Of a stretch of 64,000 nt of DNA, positions 16,811-30,923 are shown piece after piece (positions within the stretch are counted from its first letter, which is position 1; each line of letters starts with the position of its first letter). The stretch comes from Eledone cirrhosa (taxonomy: Eukaryota). A model generated the notes under the pieces. That model searched no databases and was not told the DNA's origin. It saw only the letters and a list, made by a program, of their open reading frames with translations. Location of the stretch: positions 23,188,001 through 23,252,000 of the forward strand of contig OZ024740.1 in assembly GCA_964016885.1 (NCBI GenBank), read 5' to 3'. The position numbers were made by a program, and so were the translations under genes.

Positions 16811-17174
16811 CTTAAAACACAACTTACCCTTTATTCAGGGTGCGAAAATCGAGTATCAATAAATCTCTTTAATCCACTTTTTAACAATTTTATACTTTAT
16901 TGCACTTTTATAATTTTTTTTAGGTATTACTCTTTATTTTATAATTTTAATTTAACCTGAAACATATATAAAAAAAATCATTTAACATAAGTAAATTAAA
17001 CTTACATACAACGTAAAATCCAGCATACAAATAATTCTAGTGAATAGCTTCGAATTTTTACAAACCCAAACTTTTAACTGTTTAATAGCAGTTTTTTATT
17101 TATTTGGAATCTAAGCAACACAAAAAAGTGATTACAAGCCAGGAACAGAGAAACATTTTTTTTGTTACACTGTG

Positions 17175-17830
17175 TTATTGTTGTTGTTAGGTCTGTTGTT
17201 GTTCTTGTTATTGCTGTTGTTAGGACTGTTGTTGTTGTTAGGACTGTGGTTGGTATTGTTATTGTTGTTGTTGTGATTTTGTTGTTTTTATTGTTGTTAT
17301 TGTTGTTGTTACTACAGTTGTTGTTGATATTGTGATTTTGTTGTTGTTACTACAGTTGTAGTTGTTGTTGTTGATATTGTGATTTTGTTGTTGTTACTAC
17401 AGTTGTTTTTATTGTTGTTGTTGATATTGTGATTTTGTTGTTACTACAGTTGTTGTAGTTGTTGTTGTTGATATTGTGATTTTGTTGTTGTTACTACAGT
17501 TGTTGTAGTTGTTGCTGTAGTAGTTGTTGTTGTTATTGTTGTTGTTGATATTGTGATTTTGTTGTTGTTACTACAGTTGTTGTTATTGTTGTTGTTGATA
17601 TTTTTATTTCGTTGTGTTACTACAGTTGTTGTAGTTGTTGCTGTAGTAGTTGTTGTTGTTATTGTTGCTATTGCTTCTGCTATTACCATTGTTTTTGCTG
17701 TTGTTGTTGTAATTGTGGCTATTGCTTTTACTACTGCCATTGTTGTTGCTGTTGTTGTTGATGTTGTCATTGACGTAAGAGCTGTCCTTTAAAGTCCTTT
17801 ATTTATTGTTATAGTTGTTGTTACTGTTTC
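17175..17830. repeat. (TTG)n-derived degenerate repeat
   Basis: Directly visible. Confidence 0.9.
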
Positions 17831-18094
17831 TTTCAGTTCTATCACAAGTGTCATTCCATCATCTAGATATATATATATATACATAGATATCTTTTTACGT
17901 CTCCAGGGTTTCCATATAACTGACAATGGAATTGCCGTTGTGCCTCCAACTCTATCTTTCTCTCGCAGCATCACTGTATGTCTCTGTCTGTCAGTCTGTC
18001 TGTCAGATAGTCTCTCTATCAGTCAGTCTGTCTGTCTGTATCTATCTATCTATCTAACTATCTATCTATCTATCTATTTCCCTATCTATCTATA

Positions 18095-20885
18095 ATCGCA
18101 GCGGAACATCTAGATCGTACCTAGATAGGGTTCTAGTTAGAAAGAAGGATAGGAACATGTTAAGCTGTCCACAAATGTTCATGGTTGCCTATTCAGATCA
18201 CAAATTAGTGACCTGCTTAGTCAACATTGACAAAACCCATAGACAGGGACCCGGCTACTGGAAGCTAAACTAGTCGTTACCGACATGCAAAACCTACAGT
18301 AGACGGGTTAGCACTTTAGTTAAGCAGCACTTCATGGGGGCCATTGACAACAACAGATGGTGGTACACTCTCAAGAGGGCAGTTAGATTAGACTCGATAG
18401 GTTTTAGTAAATAATTAGTGTTAGATAGAAATAAGATCGAAAAGGAACTGCTAGATAAAGTAGAAGAGGCACTTAGGAGTGGCAACGTAGCCAGCGTGCT
18501 AGCGACGAGAACGGCCTTGGACCAGTTCTTCGACGCAAAGCATGAAGGCTGCGTTGTCAGAAGCAAAATACGTGCTCTGGGAAACGAAGGAGCCAAAGCT
18601 GTTAACTGGGCCCGAGTGACGGAGGCGAAAAATAGCAACAAGTCCACAATTCGGTCTTTGAAGGACCAAGACGGATGCGTGTACGTGAGCCGAAGCAGAT
18701 GTGCGGGGCCTTTCAACGGCACCTTGCTCAACTGTTCGGGTAGGGCGGCGCGCCGTGAGGGGTTATGGATTTCGCTCCATACCTCTAAGGCCTACCGCGA
18801 CTCTCGGACAGCAAGGCGAAGTTCTGAGAAAGGCCGATTTCGGCCGCTGAGATAGGGGGCGCGCTGAGCCAATGCGGCAAACTCATATCTCCAGGTCTCG
18901 ACTGTCTACCCTACGAATTTTACGTAGCAATGCCGGACTTCTTCTCCGGTCTCCTGGAATCGGTCTACTGCAAGTGGCAGCAGAACGGGAGAATTCCCAG
19001 TTCTGAGACCAAGGGCGTAATCACGTTAGTCAGGAAGGACGAGAACAAGGGGGATGACATAGGCAACTTCCGGTTCATAACTCTGCTCAACACAGAGTTA
19101 CAGATTTTGGCGAAGGTGTTGGCAAAGAGGCTGGCGCTTGTCGTCGAAAACCTGTTGGGAGAGGCGCAGACATGCGCAATCCCGACCAGGTCCATACACG
19201 ACAACCTCAACCTCATGCGATAATCATAGAGAGGGTAGGGTGTAAACCCGGCATCGGTGGGGCCCTGATCAACTTGGATCAGTCTAAGGCTTTCGATAGG
19301 GTTGACCATCGTTACTTGGATGCGGTGCTCGAGGCGGCAGGCTTCGGACCCGTGTTCAGGGGCTGGATTGTTGCAATGCACAGTAGCAACATCTGTTCAA
19401 GGGTCAAGGTGAACGGCTACCTCTCGGAGCCGTTCCATATCACGCGATCCATCCGACAGGGATGCCCCTCTCCTCCCTTCTGTACGTACTGACTCTCGAG
19501 CCACTACTGCAGAAGTTGGAGCTATTGCAGGGCATCCCTTTGGAACCGGGACTGTGAAAAGCGGCGTCGACCTACGCCGACGACGTGACAGTAATGGTGT
19601 CAAGCACCTCGCAAATCAGGGAGATCGGCACTTTACTGGGGGAATACGAAAGGTTCACAGGAGCGAAGCTGAACCGGGACAAATCCGTCGGTTTGCAACT
19701 CAGAACGTGGAGAGGCAAACCGATGCCGTTCGATGGCGTCGTCGGACGCTGGACGGAAGGACCGGTAAAGCTGCTCGGGGTCTGGTTTGGTCCGGACCTC
19801 CAGGTGGAGAAGAACTGGAACGAGGTGACGGCCAAGGTCTTTGCGCTCACCCAGATGTGGGGCGAGTGCAAACTATCCTTGAAAGGTCGAGCGGAGGTGG
19901 CGAACACTTTTATAGCGTCCGTCATCTACTAGCGCTTGACCGTCGTGCCTTGTCTAGCCAAAACGCTTACCAAAATGGAGCGCGCGCTCTTCCAATTCCT
20001 CTGGAAGAAACGGGCTCCTTTGGTGAGAAGATCCATCTGCTGCCAACACCCTTCAAACGGAAGACTGCAGATGCCGTGGCTGACGATGTGCAAACACGCG
20101 CTCAGGCTGCGGTACCTCCACGTATTCCTCACCAGACAACCGGTGTGAGCCCCGTTCGTGAGGCGAGCCTACCCACGACTCGTCTCGCTAACCGAGCTGC
20201 AGTCCTTGGTCAAGCAAAGACCGAGGAAAATGGGCGATTTGCACATCGGATGTGCTCAGGCGCTCACAGTCCTCTGGCAAACGGACCCGGCGATCAGGGG
20301 AGACTCCACTTCGACATTCTATAGAGGGTTGGTCCGCAGCAAGTGCGACGACACGCTCGGTGAAACTCTAGGCGTAGAGGAGGACGAATGGCCACCAATG
20401 GACAACTTCCAAACGTCCCTGTCCTGGCAGTGCTACCGAGGAGCTCTACCAGTTCGAGACAAAGATCTGTCCGAGATGCGTGCGCGACTAGGAAACCGTC
20501 GCGCACGCATTTGTACACTGCAATCCAGTTGACCACCGAGTCCATTGTCATGATTAAACCGCCACCCTCCTTCAAAAACGAGGGAGAGGCGGTTTTCCTT
20601 TCTGTGATAGTTATGGTGAAAGAGGTTATATGGTGGACGAGGTTGAAAGGGCTGAGGTCAGACACCTTTCTTTCCGGCGAGCAACTGATTCGTTTTTTCA
20701 AATATCATTTTGGGAGAAGAATCAGGATGGAGAGAGAGGTGCTGTACCCCAGCAAATTTTATAAAAGGTGGGAAAGATGGCCGAGTGGTTGGGCCTTCTC
20801 TCTATATAAGCCTGTAGGTTGAGGAAAAAGAGGAGGAGAGGAAGGGAGTACTCACTCTTGGTGCTCCTGGAGATGAGGGTTGTAC
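18095..20885 (+). mobile_element. 5'-truncated decayed L1/Tx1-clade LINE (APE tail, RT, C-terminus)
   Basis: YLDRVLV, SDH, GPGYWKLN, SPGLDCLPYEFY, ITLLNTELQILAKVLAKRL, LDQSKAFDRVDH, RSIRQGCP, YADDV (19573-87); multiple stops and frameshifts. Confidence 0.92.
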
Positions 20886-20889
20886 ATAC

Positions 20890-21214
20890 TTTCGGGGTGT
20901 TTCTCACTCTTAGCACGGCTGTTACTTAAATATAAGTATGTATAGGTACATACATATATGTATACCGACGTACAGTAGTATGTATATATATATACATACA
21001 TGCTCACATATATACATGTACGTATGGATTCACCGAACATTTATTACATAGTATTACTAGTACAGCATTCCTTTGTCAGTGTTGAACAAAAGAGCAACTA
21101 TGGTTGCTAGACACTGTACGGCATAATTCGGGATGTTTGATTACAAACACACCGATCATTATAATAAATGTTCGGTGAATCCATCCGTACATATATATAT
21201 ATGTGTGCATGTAC

Positions 21215-21261
<47 letters not shown>

Positions 21262-21578
21262 GATACTACTGTACGTCTGTATACATATATGTATGTACGT
21301 ATACATACTTATATTTAAGTAACAGCCGTACTAAGAGTGAGAAATGAAATTTCGATTCATTTTTTCCGTTTATCGTTTTCGGTGCGCCCAGCCGATTAAC
21401 TCACTCGATATGCAAATTAAGCTGCTCAGCCGTTAATATGCATAAGGAAAGTATATATTTTCAGACGTTCAATCATCTGGCAGGAAGGTATACGTTGCTG
21501 ACGATAGATAATAAGCTTGAAACTAGTACAGCGTTCCTTTGTCAGTGTTGAACAAATGAGCAACGATGGTTGCTAGAC
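20890..21578 (+). mobile_element. Non-coding HHR element family R1 (retrozyme-like; about 466-bp unit, terminally redundant, inverted 5' piece)
   Basis: actagtacagc-ttcctttgtcagtgttgaac at 21056 and 21522; 20890-21046 is inverted relative to about 21163-21344; homologue at 29874-30588. Confidence 0.8.
21493..21533 (+). ncRNA. Minimal type I hammerhead (R1)
   Basis: cgttg-CTGACGA-tagataataagctt-GAAA-CTAG-TA-cagcg. Confidence 0.82.
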
Positions 21579-21929
21579 TCCCCCGATATAATATTCACGA
21601 ATGGTTGTAACTGTAGAAACAAAAGAAATTGCCCATTAAAGGGAAATTGTCTTATTAATAACATAGTCTATAAATGTAAAATTAGCACTAAGGACTCCAC
21701 TTATTCATATATAGGAGCTACGTTAACCAATTTAAAGTAAGATTTAATACCCACAAACATAGTTTTAAAAATTCCGCATGAGCTAATACAACATCCTTGG
21801 CTGAAACAATAAATAATTATAGAAAATAGAATATCGATTACAACCTGACCTGGAGTGTGCTCAAAAGGGCCACCCCTTATCAACATAACAGATACGAGTG
21901 TAGATTATGTTCCCAGGAACTTTTTGAAA

Positions 21930-22110
21930 TAATTGTTTCTACTTTAGGCACAAGGCCAGTAATTACCCAGTGCATTACTGGTACTTTATTTTATCGACCC
22001 CGTAAGGATGAAAGGCAAAGTCAACCTCGGCGGGATTTGAACTCAGATCGTAAAGGGACGTAACTATGCTGGAAAGCATGGCGTCCGACCCTCTACCGAT
22101 ACTGCCAATT
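21930..22110 (-). mobile_element. SINE family A with 13-bp TSD, inside the PLE endonuclease
   Basis: TSD tttttgaaataat at 21921-33 and 22109-21. Confidence 0.92.
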
Positions 22111-22917
22111 TTTGAAATAATGAAATCTAAGTATATCCTATTAAATAAGCGAAAAGAATTAATTATATCTTGCAATCATAGAATTAGAAAAACTTTCAAA
22201 TATTATAAACCTATTTAATATACACCTTACACTTATATTTTACATATTATTATAATTAGTTATTTTAATTTAGTTAACTTATAATTAGTACTTTACTACA
22301 GAGAAATTCATAATTTTATTTCCCTCTTACAGCTCTTTTCCTAAAATTAATACCTAAAAGTATACATATAAATTAATTTAATTTCCTGTTATGAATCTAG
22401 ATTCCTTGTAGTTTATATAAGATTGGTATTTCTAACTACTACCCTTATCCCAAAATTTTATTTTCCTTCGTTTTTAACAACATTCTTTAATAACATCTAA
22501 TTCTTATTCATCACATCCATATGAAATAATATAAATTTATCCCTATAAGTATAACTATCAATTAATTTAATTTCTTGTTATAGATCGAGACTCCTTGTGG
22601 TTTAAATAAAATTTGTATTTCTCACTTACCCTAAAATTTTACTTTCCTTCGTTTTTAACACTATTCTTTAATAACATCAAATTTTCGTGAACCCTTCACC
22701 CGCTTGACCTCTTTTCATCCCCAAAGTATTCTTTTCATTCAAAGTATTCTTTCTATTCAAACATAAGTCTGCACCCCTCTACCCCTAAATTAAATTTTTA
22801 CTACTACTATTCTATCAACTTGACCTCTTACTACTTTTCTATTGGTCAATTCAAAACCTGTTCCCAAACAGAGGTATTATATTAAATCTTTGTTGTTTTT
22901 TTTTCAATAAACAAATC

Positions 22918-23053
22918 TCATCATTTCTGAAGACAGCATATATATGTGAAGGTATGTATATTTCCTCTGATTGTTTGTAATATTTTTACATAGATCTATA
23001 TGATATACATACCAACACACATATATATCCTAGTAACGATCGTAAAATGATGA
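22918..23053 (+). ncRNA. Hammerhead with about 100-nt stem II and a GAAA-to-GTAA core mutation
   Basis: tcatcattt-CTGAAGA-[atatatatgtg/cacatatatat; ggtatgtata/tatacatacc]-GTAA-CGATCG-TA-aaatgatga. Confidence 0.75.
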
Positions 23054-23953
23054 TTTTTTTTAATAGAAGGAACTTGTTCTTTGTTTTTATTCACACTTCA
23101 ACTCGCTGACGGTAACATTTTTTTTTCTAGACAGTACCTTCTGCTCCATCCATCTTGCTACCGTTAACTCATGGCAAACAATCCCCCGCACCCCCCAAAA
23201 AACTCCTCTAACCTCTTACCTATCACAACCACATTACACTCACGCATTGATAAATAAATAAACAAACTCCACCACAATTTTAAAATAGCTAGGGAGCCAT
23301 TTTGGCAAGAGACAGAATTACAGCCCATAAAAGTCAACAACACAAGCCCTACACATACATACAGCAGTAAATACGTTCAATAAAATAATTATAGATGTAT
23401 ACAAAAAGGAAAATATCCCAGAAGGCAACATAAAATGTACAACTCTAATTACGTAACTGAAATAGCCAAGTGATAAAAAGGACAACCTGAAACACAACAT
23501 AACAACATCAAACACAACATAAATACGGCATAATACCAACAATATACATAACATATCATATATAAAACTTAACTTAACACACCTGCACAACATAAAATAT
23601 AGCACACACAACATATATATAATTTAACACAACTACACAAGATATACAACATAAAATATAACACACACACAACATATATATAACTTAACACACCAATACA
23701 TGACATACAACATACATAAAACAACAAACACAACAACAACACACATACAACATATATAAAACAACAAACACCAACAATACACATCATATATAAAATATAA
23801 CACACCAACAACACACAGCATGTATAAAACTTAATAAAACACAATATCATAACACTCAACATAAGTTAAATTCAACATCAAACAACCGAAACTAAAAAAT
23901 CAAGATATAAAAAAAAAACTTGAAATATACTCATCGAATATTAAAAAAAGGGC

Positions 23954-26900
23954 TAGCTGTAAACCCTATACCCTAAAAATAACTGTAAAACCCTATACCC
24001 TAAATATAACTGAAAAACTCTATACCCTAAATATGGCTGTAAAACCCTATACCCTAAATATAACTGTAAAACCCTATACCATAAATATAACTGTAAGACC
24101 CTATACCCTAAATGTAGTTGTAAAACCCTATACCCTAAATATAACTGTAAAACCCTATACCCTAAATATAACTGTAAAACCCTATACCCTAAATGTAGCT
24201 GTAAAACCCTATACCCTAAATATAACTGTAAAACCCTATCGCCTAAATATAGCTGTAAAACTCTATACCCTAAATATAACTGTAAAACCCTATACCCTAA
24301 ATATAACTGTAAAACCCTATACCCTGAATATAGCTGTAAAACTCTATACCCTAAATATAACTGTAAAACCCTATACCCTAAATATAACTGTAAAACCCTA
24401 TACCCTAAATATAACTGCAAAACCCTATACCCTAAATATAACTGTAAAACCCTATACCCTAAATATAGCTGTAAAACTCTATACCCTAAATATAACTGTA
24501 AAACCCTATACCCTAAATATAACTGTAAAACCCTATACCCTAAATATAACTGCAAAACCCTATACCCTAAATATAACTGTAAAACCCTATACCCTAAATA
24601 TATCTGTAAAACTCTATACCCTAAATATAACTGTAAAACCCTATACCCTAAATATAACTGTAAAACCCTATACCCTAAATATAACTGCAAAACCCTATAC
24701 CATAAATATAACTGTAAAACCCTATACCCTAAATATATCTGTAAAACTCTATACCCTAAATATAACTGTAAAACCCTATACGCTAAATATAACTGTAAAA
24801 CCCTATACCCTAAATATAACTGCAAAACCCTATACCATAAATATAACTGTAAAACCCTATACCCTAAATATAACTGCAAAACCCTATACCCTAAATATAA
24901 CTGTAAAACCCTATACCCTAAATATAACTGCAAAACCCTATACCCTAAATATAGCTGTAAAACCCTATACCCTAAATATAGCTGTAAAACCCTATACCCT
25001 AAATATAACTGTAAAACCCTATACCCTAAATATAGCTGTAAAACCCTATACCCTAAATATAGCTGTAAAACCCTATACCCTAAATATAACTGTAAAACCC
25101 TATACCCTAAATATAACTGTAACACCCTATACCCTAAATATAACTGCAAAACCCTATACCCTAAATATAACTGTAAAACCCTATACCCTAAATATAGCTG
25201 TAAAACCCTATACCCTAAATATAACTGTAAAACCCTATACCCTAAATATAACTGTAAAACCCTATACCCTAAATATAACTGTAAAACCCTATACCCTAAA
25301 TATAACTGCAAAACCCTATACCCTAAATATAACTGTAAAACCCTATACCCTAAATATAACTGCAAAACCCTATACCCTAAATATAACTGTAAAACCCTAT
25401 ACCCTAAATATAACTGCAAAACCCTATACCCTAAATATAGCTGTAAAACCCTATACCCTAAATATAACTGTAAAACCCTATACCCTAAATATAACTGCAA
25501 AACCCTATACCCTAAATATAGCTGTAAAACCCTATACCCTAAATATAGCTGTAAAACCCTATACCCTAAATATAACTGTAAAACCCTATACCCTAAATAT
25601 AACTGTAAAACCCTATACCCTAAATATAACTGTAAAACCCTATACCCTAAATATAGCTGTAAAACCCTATACCCTAAATATAACTGTAAAACCCTATACC
25701 CGAAATATAACTGTAAAACCCTATACCCTAAATATAACTGTAAAACCCTATACCCTAAATATAACTGTAAAACCCTATACCCTAACTATAACTGTAAAAC
25801 CCTATACCCTAAATATAGCTGTAAAACCCTATACCCTAAATATAACTGTAAAACCCTATACCCTAAATATAACTGTAAAACCCTATACCCTAAATATAGC
25901 TGTAAAACCCTATACCCGAAATATAACTGTAAAACCCTATACCCTAAATATAACTGTAAAACCCTATACCCTAAATATAACTGTAAAACCCTATACCCTA
26001 AATATAGCTGTAAAACCCTATACCCTAAATATAACTGTAAAACCCTATACCCTAAATATAACTGTAAAACCCTATACCCTAAATATAACTGTAAAACCCT
26101 ATACCCTAAATATAACTGTAAAACCCTATTCCCTAAATATAACTGTAAAACCCTATACCCTAAATATAACTGTAAAACCCTATACCCTAAATATAGCTGT
26201 AAAACCCTATACCCTAAATATAACTGTAAAACCCTATACCCTAAATATAACTGTAAAACCCTATACCCTAAATGTAGCTGTAAAACCCTATACCCTAAAT
26301 ATAACTGTAAAACCCTATCGCCTAAATATAGCTGTAAAACTCTATACCCTAAATATAACTGTAAAACCCTATACCCTAAATATAACTGTAAAACCCTATA
26401 CCCTGAATATAGCTGTAAAACTCTATACCCTAAATATAACTGTAAAACCCTATACCCTAAATATAACTGTAAAACCCTATACCCTAAATATAACTGTAAA
26501 ACCCTATACCCTAAATATAACTGCAAAACCCTATACCCTAAATATAACTGTAAAACCCTATACCCTAAATATAGCTGTAAAACTCTATACCCTAAATATA
26601 ACTGTAAAACCCTATACCCTAAATATAACTGTAAAACCCTATACCCTAAATATAACTGCAAAACCCTATACCCTAAATATAACTGTAAAACCCTATACCC
26701 TAAATATATCTGTAAAACTCTATACCCTAAATATAACTGTAAAACCCTATACCCTAAATATAACTGTAAAACCCTATACCCTAAATATAACTGCAAAACC
26801 CTATACCATAAATATAACTGTAAAACCCTATACCCTAAATATATCTGTAAAACTCTATACCCTAAATATAACTGTAAAACCCTATACGCTAAATATAACT

Positions 26901-28517
26901 GTAAAACCCTATACCCTAAATATAACTGCAAAACCCTATACCATAAATATAACTGTAAAACCCTATACCCTAAATATAACTGCAAAACCCTATACCCTAA
27001 ATATAACTGTAAAACCCTATACCCTAAATATAACTGCAAAACCCTATACCCTAAATATAGCTGTAAAACCCTATACCCTAAATATAGCTGTAAAACCCTA
27101 TACCCTAAATATAACTGTAAAACCCTATACCCTAAATATAGCTGTAAAACCCTATACCCTAAATATAGCTGTAAAACCCTATACCCTAAATATAACTGTA
27201 AAACCCTATACCCTAAATATAACTGTAACACCCTATACCCTAAATATAACTGCAAAACCCTATACCCTAAATATAACTGTAAAACCCTATACCCTAAATA
27301 TAGCTGTAAAACCCTATACCCTAAATATAACTGTAAAACCCTATACCCTAAATATAACTGTAAAACCCTATACCCTAAATATAACTGCAAAACCCTATAC
27401 CCTAAATATAACTGTAAAACCCTATACCCTAAATATAACTGCAAAACCCTATACCCTAAATATAACTGTAAAACCCTATACCCTAAATATAACTGCAAAA
27501 CCCTATACCCTAAATATAGCTGTAAAACCCTATACCCTAAATATAACTGTAAAACCCTATACCCTAAATATAACTGCAAAACCCTATACCCTAAATATAG
27601 CTGTAAAACCCTATACCCTAAATATAGCTGTAAAACCCTATACCCTAAATATAACTGTAAAACCCTATACCCTAAATATAACTGTAAAACCCTATACCCT
27701 AAATATAACTGTAAAACCCTATACCCTAAATATAGCTGTAAAACCCTATACCCTAAATATAACTGTAAAACCCTATACCCGAAATATAACTGTAAAACCC
27801 TATACCCTAAATATAACTGTAAAACCCTATACCCTAAATATAACTGTAAAACCCTATACCCTAACTATAACTGTAAAACCCTATACCCTAAATATAGCTG
27901 TAAAACCCTATACCCTAAATATAACTGTAAAACCCTATACCCTAAATATAACTGTAAAACCCTATACCCTAAATATAGCTGTAAAACCCTATACCCGAAA
28001 TATAACTGTAAAACCCTATACCCTAAATATAACTGTAAAACCCTATACCCTAAATATAACTGTAAAACCCTATACCCTAAATATAGCTGTAAAACCCTAT
28101 ACCCTAAATATAACTGTAAAACCCTATACCCTAAATATAACTGTAAAACCCTATACCCTAAATATAACTGTAAAACCCTATACCCTAAATATAACTGTAA
28201 AACCCTATTCCCTAAATATAACTGTAAAACCCTATACCCTAAATATAACTTTTAAACCCTATACCCTAAATATAACTGTAAAACCCTATACCCTAAATAT
28301 AACTGTAAAACCCTATACCCTAAATATAACTGTAAAACCCTATACCCTAAATATAACTGTAAAACCCTATACCCTAAATATAACTGTAAAACCCTATACC
28401 CTAAATATAACTGTAAAACCCTATTCCCTAAATATAACTGTAAAACCCTATACCCTAAATATAACTGTAAAACCCTATACCCTAAATATAACTGTAAAAC
28501 CCTATACCCTAAATATA
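23954..28517. repeat. 27-bp satellite (aactgtaaaaccctataccctaaatat), about 169 copies
   Basis: Directly visible; the 1501-, 515- and 597-aa ORFs are its translations. Confidence 0.98.
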
Positions 28518-28850
28518 ATTATCAACATCAACTCCTAAAAAGACCACACTGTACCTTACAATAACAACCTCAGATAAAATGCACACATATAGTATTATCA
28601 TACACTCCTCTAACATTAACCAGCAAAACCACACACACATACACACACATACATACACATACACACACAGACACACACATACACACACACACAAAGTTAA
28701 TAGCACACATACAACATTATCAAACATTTTCTAAAATCATCCAGCAACACCACACACACACACATATACACACACACTCATACGCACACAGAGATACACA
28801 CACACAGATACACACACACACACAATTGTGAAATGAATGTTCCACATTAG

Positions 28851-28966
28851 AAAAGACCCCGTCCATAACACAGGGGAAAACCACGGCAAAACGGAAAGTC
28901 GAGATTAAAAGTCCTATTGATTTGCTTAGTAATACGGAACATCTAGCTGACATATTTGGATACAGA
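28851..28966 (+). CDS. Possible small internal host exon
   Basis: Unique island; AG at 28849-50, GTGAGC at 28967; open frame KTPSITQGKTTAKRKVEIKSPIDLLSNTEHLADIFGYR. Confidence 0.3.
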
Positions 28967-28990
28967 GTGAGCATGATATCCATAAGAAAC

Positions 28991-29873
28991 ATATTCAGTC
29001 AGTCATATCTTCAGTCAGTCATATCTTCAGTCAGTCATATATTCAGACAGTCATATCTTCAGTCAGTCATATCTTCAGTCAGTGACATATTCAGTCAGTC
29101 ATATCTTCAGTCAGTCATATCTTCAGCCAGTCACATATTCAGTCAGTCACATATTCAGTCAGTCATATCTTCAGTCAGTGATATCTTCAGTCAGTCACAT
29201 ATTCAGTCAGTCATATCTTCAGTCAGTCAGATATTCAGTGAGTCATATCTTCAGTCAGTCATATCTTCAGTCAGTCAGATATTCAGCGAGTCATATCTTC
29301 AGTCAGTCATATCTTCAGTCAGTCATATCTTCAGTCAGTCACATATTCAGTCAGTCATATCTTCAGTCAGTGATATCTTCAGTCAGTCAGATATTCAGTA
29401 AGTCATATCTTCAGTCAGTCATATCTTCAGTCAGTCACATATTCACTCAGTCATATCTTCAGCCAGTCACATATTCAGTCAGTCACATATTCAGTCAGTC
29501 ATATCTTCAGTCAGTGATATCTTCAGTCAGTCATATCTTCAGTCAGTCATATCTTCAGTCAGTCAGATATTCAGTGAGTCATATCTTCAGTCAGTCATAT
29601 CTTCAGTCAGTCAGATATTCAGTCAGTCATATCTTCAGTGAGTAATATCATCAGTCAGTCACATATTCAGTCAGTCATATCTTCAGTCAGTCACATATTC
29701 AGTCAGTCGAATATTCAGTCAGCCATATCTTCAGTCAGTCATATCTACAGTCAGTCACATCTTCAGTCAGTCACATCTTCAGTCAGTCACATATTCAGTC
29801 AGCCATATCTTCAGTCAGCCATATCTTCAGTCAGCCATATCTTCAGTCAGTCATATCTTCAGTCAGTCAAATA
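28991..29873. repeat. 16-bp minisatellite (tcagtcagtcatatct), about 55 copies
   Basis: Directly visible. Confidence 0.95.
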
Positions 29874-30686
<813 letters not shown>

Positions 30687-30694
30687 TATTAATA

Positions 30695-30747
30695 CATGGT
30701 CCCTGCGCAAGGATGACACGCAAATTCGTGAAGCGTTCCAAATTTCT
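30695..30747 (+). pseudogene. RNU6: U6 snRNA 3'-half retrocopy
   Basis: catggtccctgcgcaaggatgacacgcaaattcgtgaagcgttccaaatttct matches metazoan U6 from the internal stem-loop to the oligo-U end; 5' half (ACAGAGA box) absent. Confidence 0.95.
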
Positions 30748-30904
30748 ATACTTTATGTACATTATGAAACTTTTTTTTAAAAGAATTCTCCCTCTGATTT
30801 TTTTCAATGTCATCTTTTCAATAATGTCACTTTGACGAATCAAAAAAAGGATAACAAAATAAAAACAGACCCTTAAATATATTTTTCGTGCTATTTCCAA
30901 CTTC
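30748..30904 (+). mobile_element. Post-hammerhead 3' tail of an HHR element, fused to U6
   Basis: Colinear homology with 56539-56687 (atactttat...aatgtcactttgacga...gtgctatttcca-cttc). Confidence 0.85.
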
Positions 30905-30923
30905 ACCTTTTATCGATCTCTAT

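Larger units (their letters stand above)
15261..17174 (-). mobile_element. Chapaev3-like (CMC superfamily) DNA transposon, internally deleted
   Basis: 5'-CAC...GTG-3' termini, imperfect TIR (caccgtgtaa.../...ttacactgtg), 3-bp TSD TTA at 15258-60 and 17175-77, transposase remnant inside; family name from recall of end and TSD rules. Confidence 0.8.
21600..23100 (+). mobile_element. 5'-truncated PLE: GIY-YIG remnant, 3' UTR and HHR; interrupted by a SINE
   Basis: GCNCRNKRNCPLKGNCLINNIVYKC...YIGAT/FKVRFNTHKHSF...CRLCSQELFEI[SINE]MKSKYILLNKRKELIISCNH. Confidence 0.88.

Noticed and set aside
24033-28538. 1501-aa ORF and the antisense 515/597-aa ORFs
   Set aside because: Stop-free frames of a 27-bp satellite on both strands; no unique domains.
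23954-29873. CRISPR-like regular repeats
   Set aside because: Head-to-tail units with no unique spacers; eukaryotic context; no cas genes.
30695-30747. Functional U6 gene
   Set aside because: 5' half and upstream promoter absent; preceded by microsatellite.
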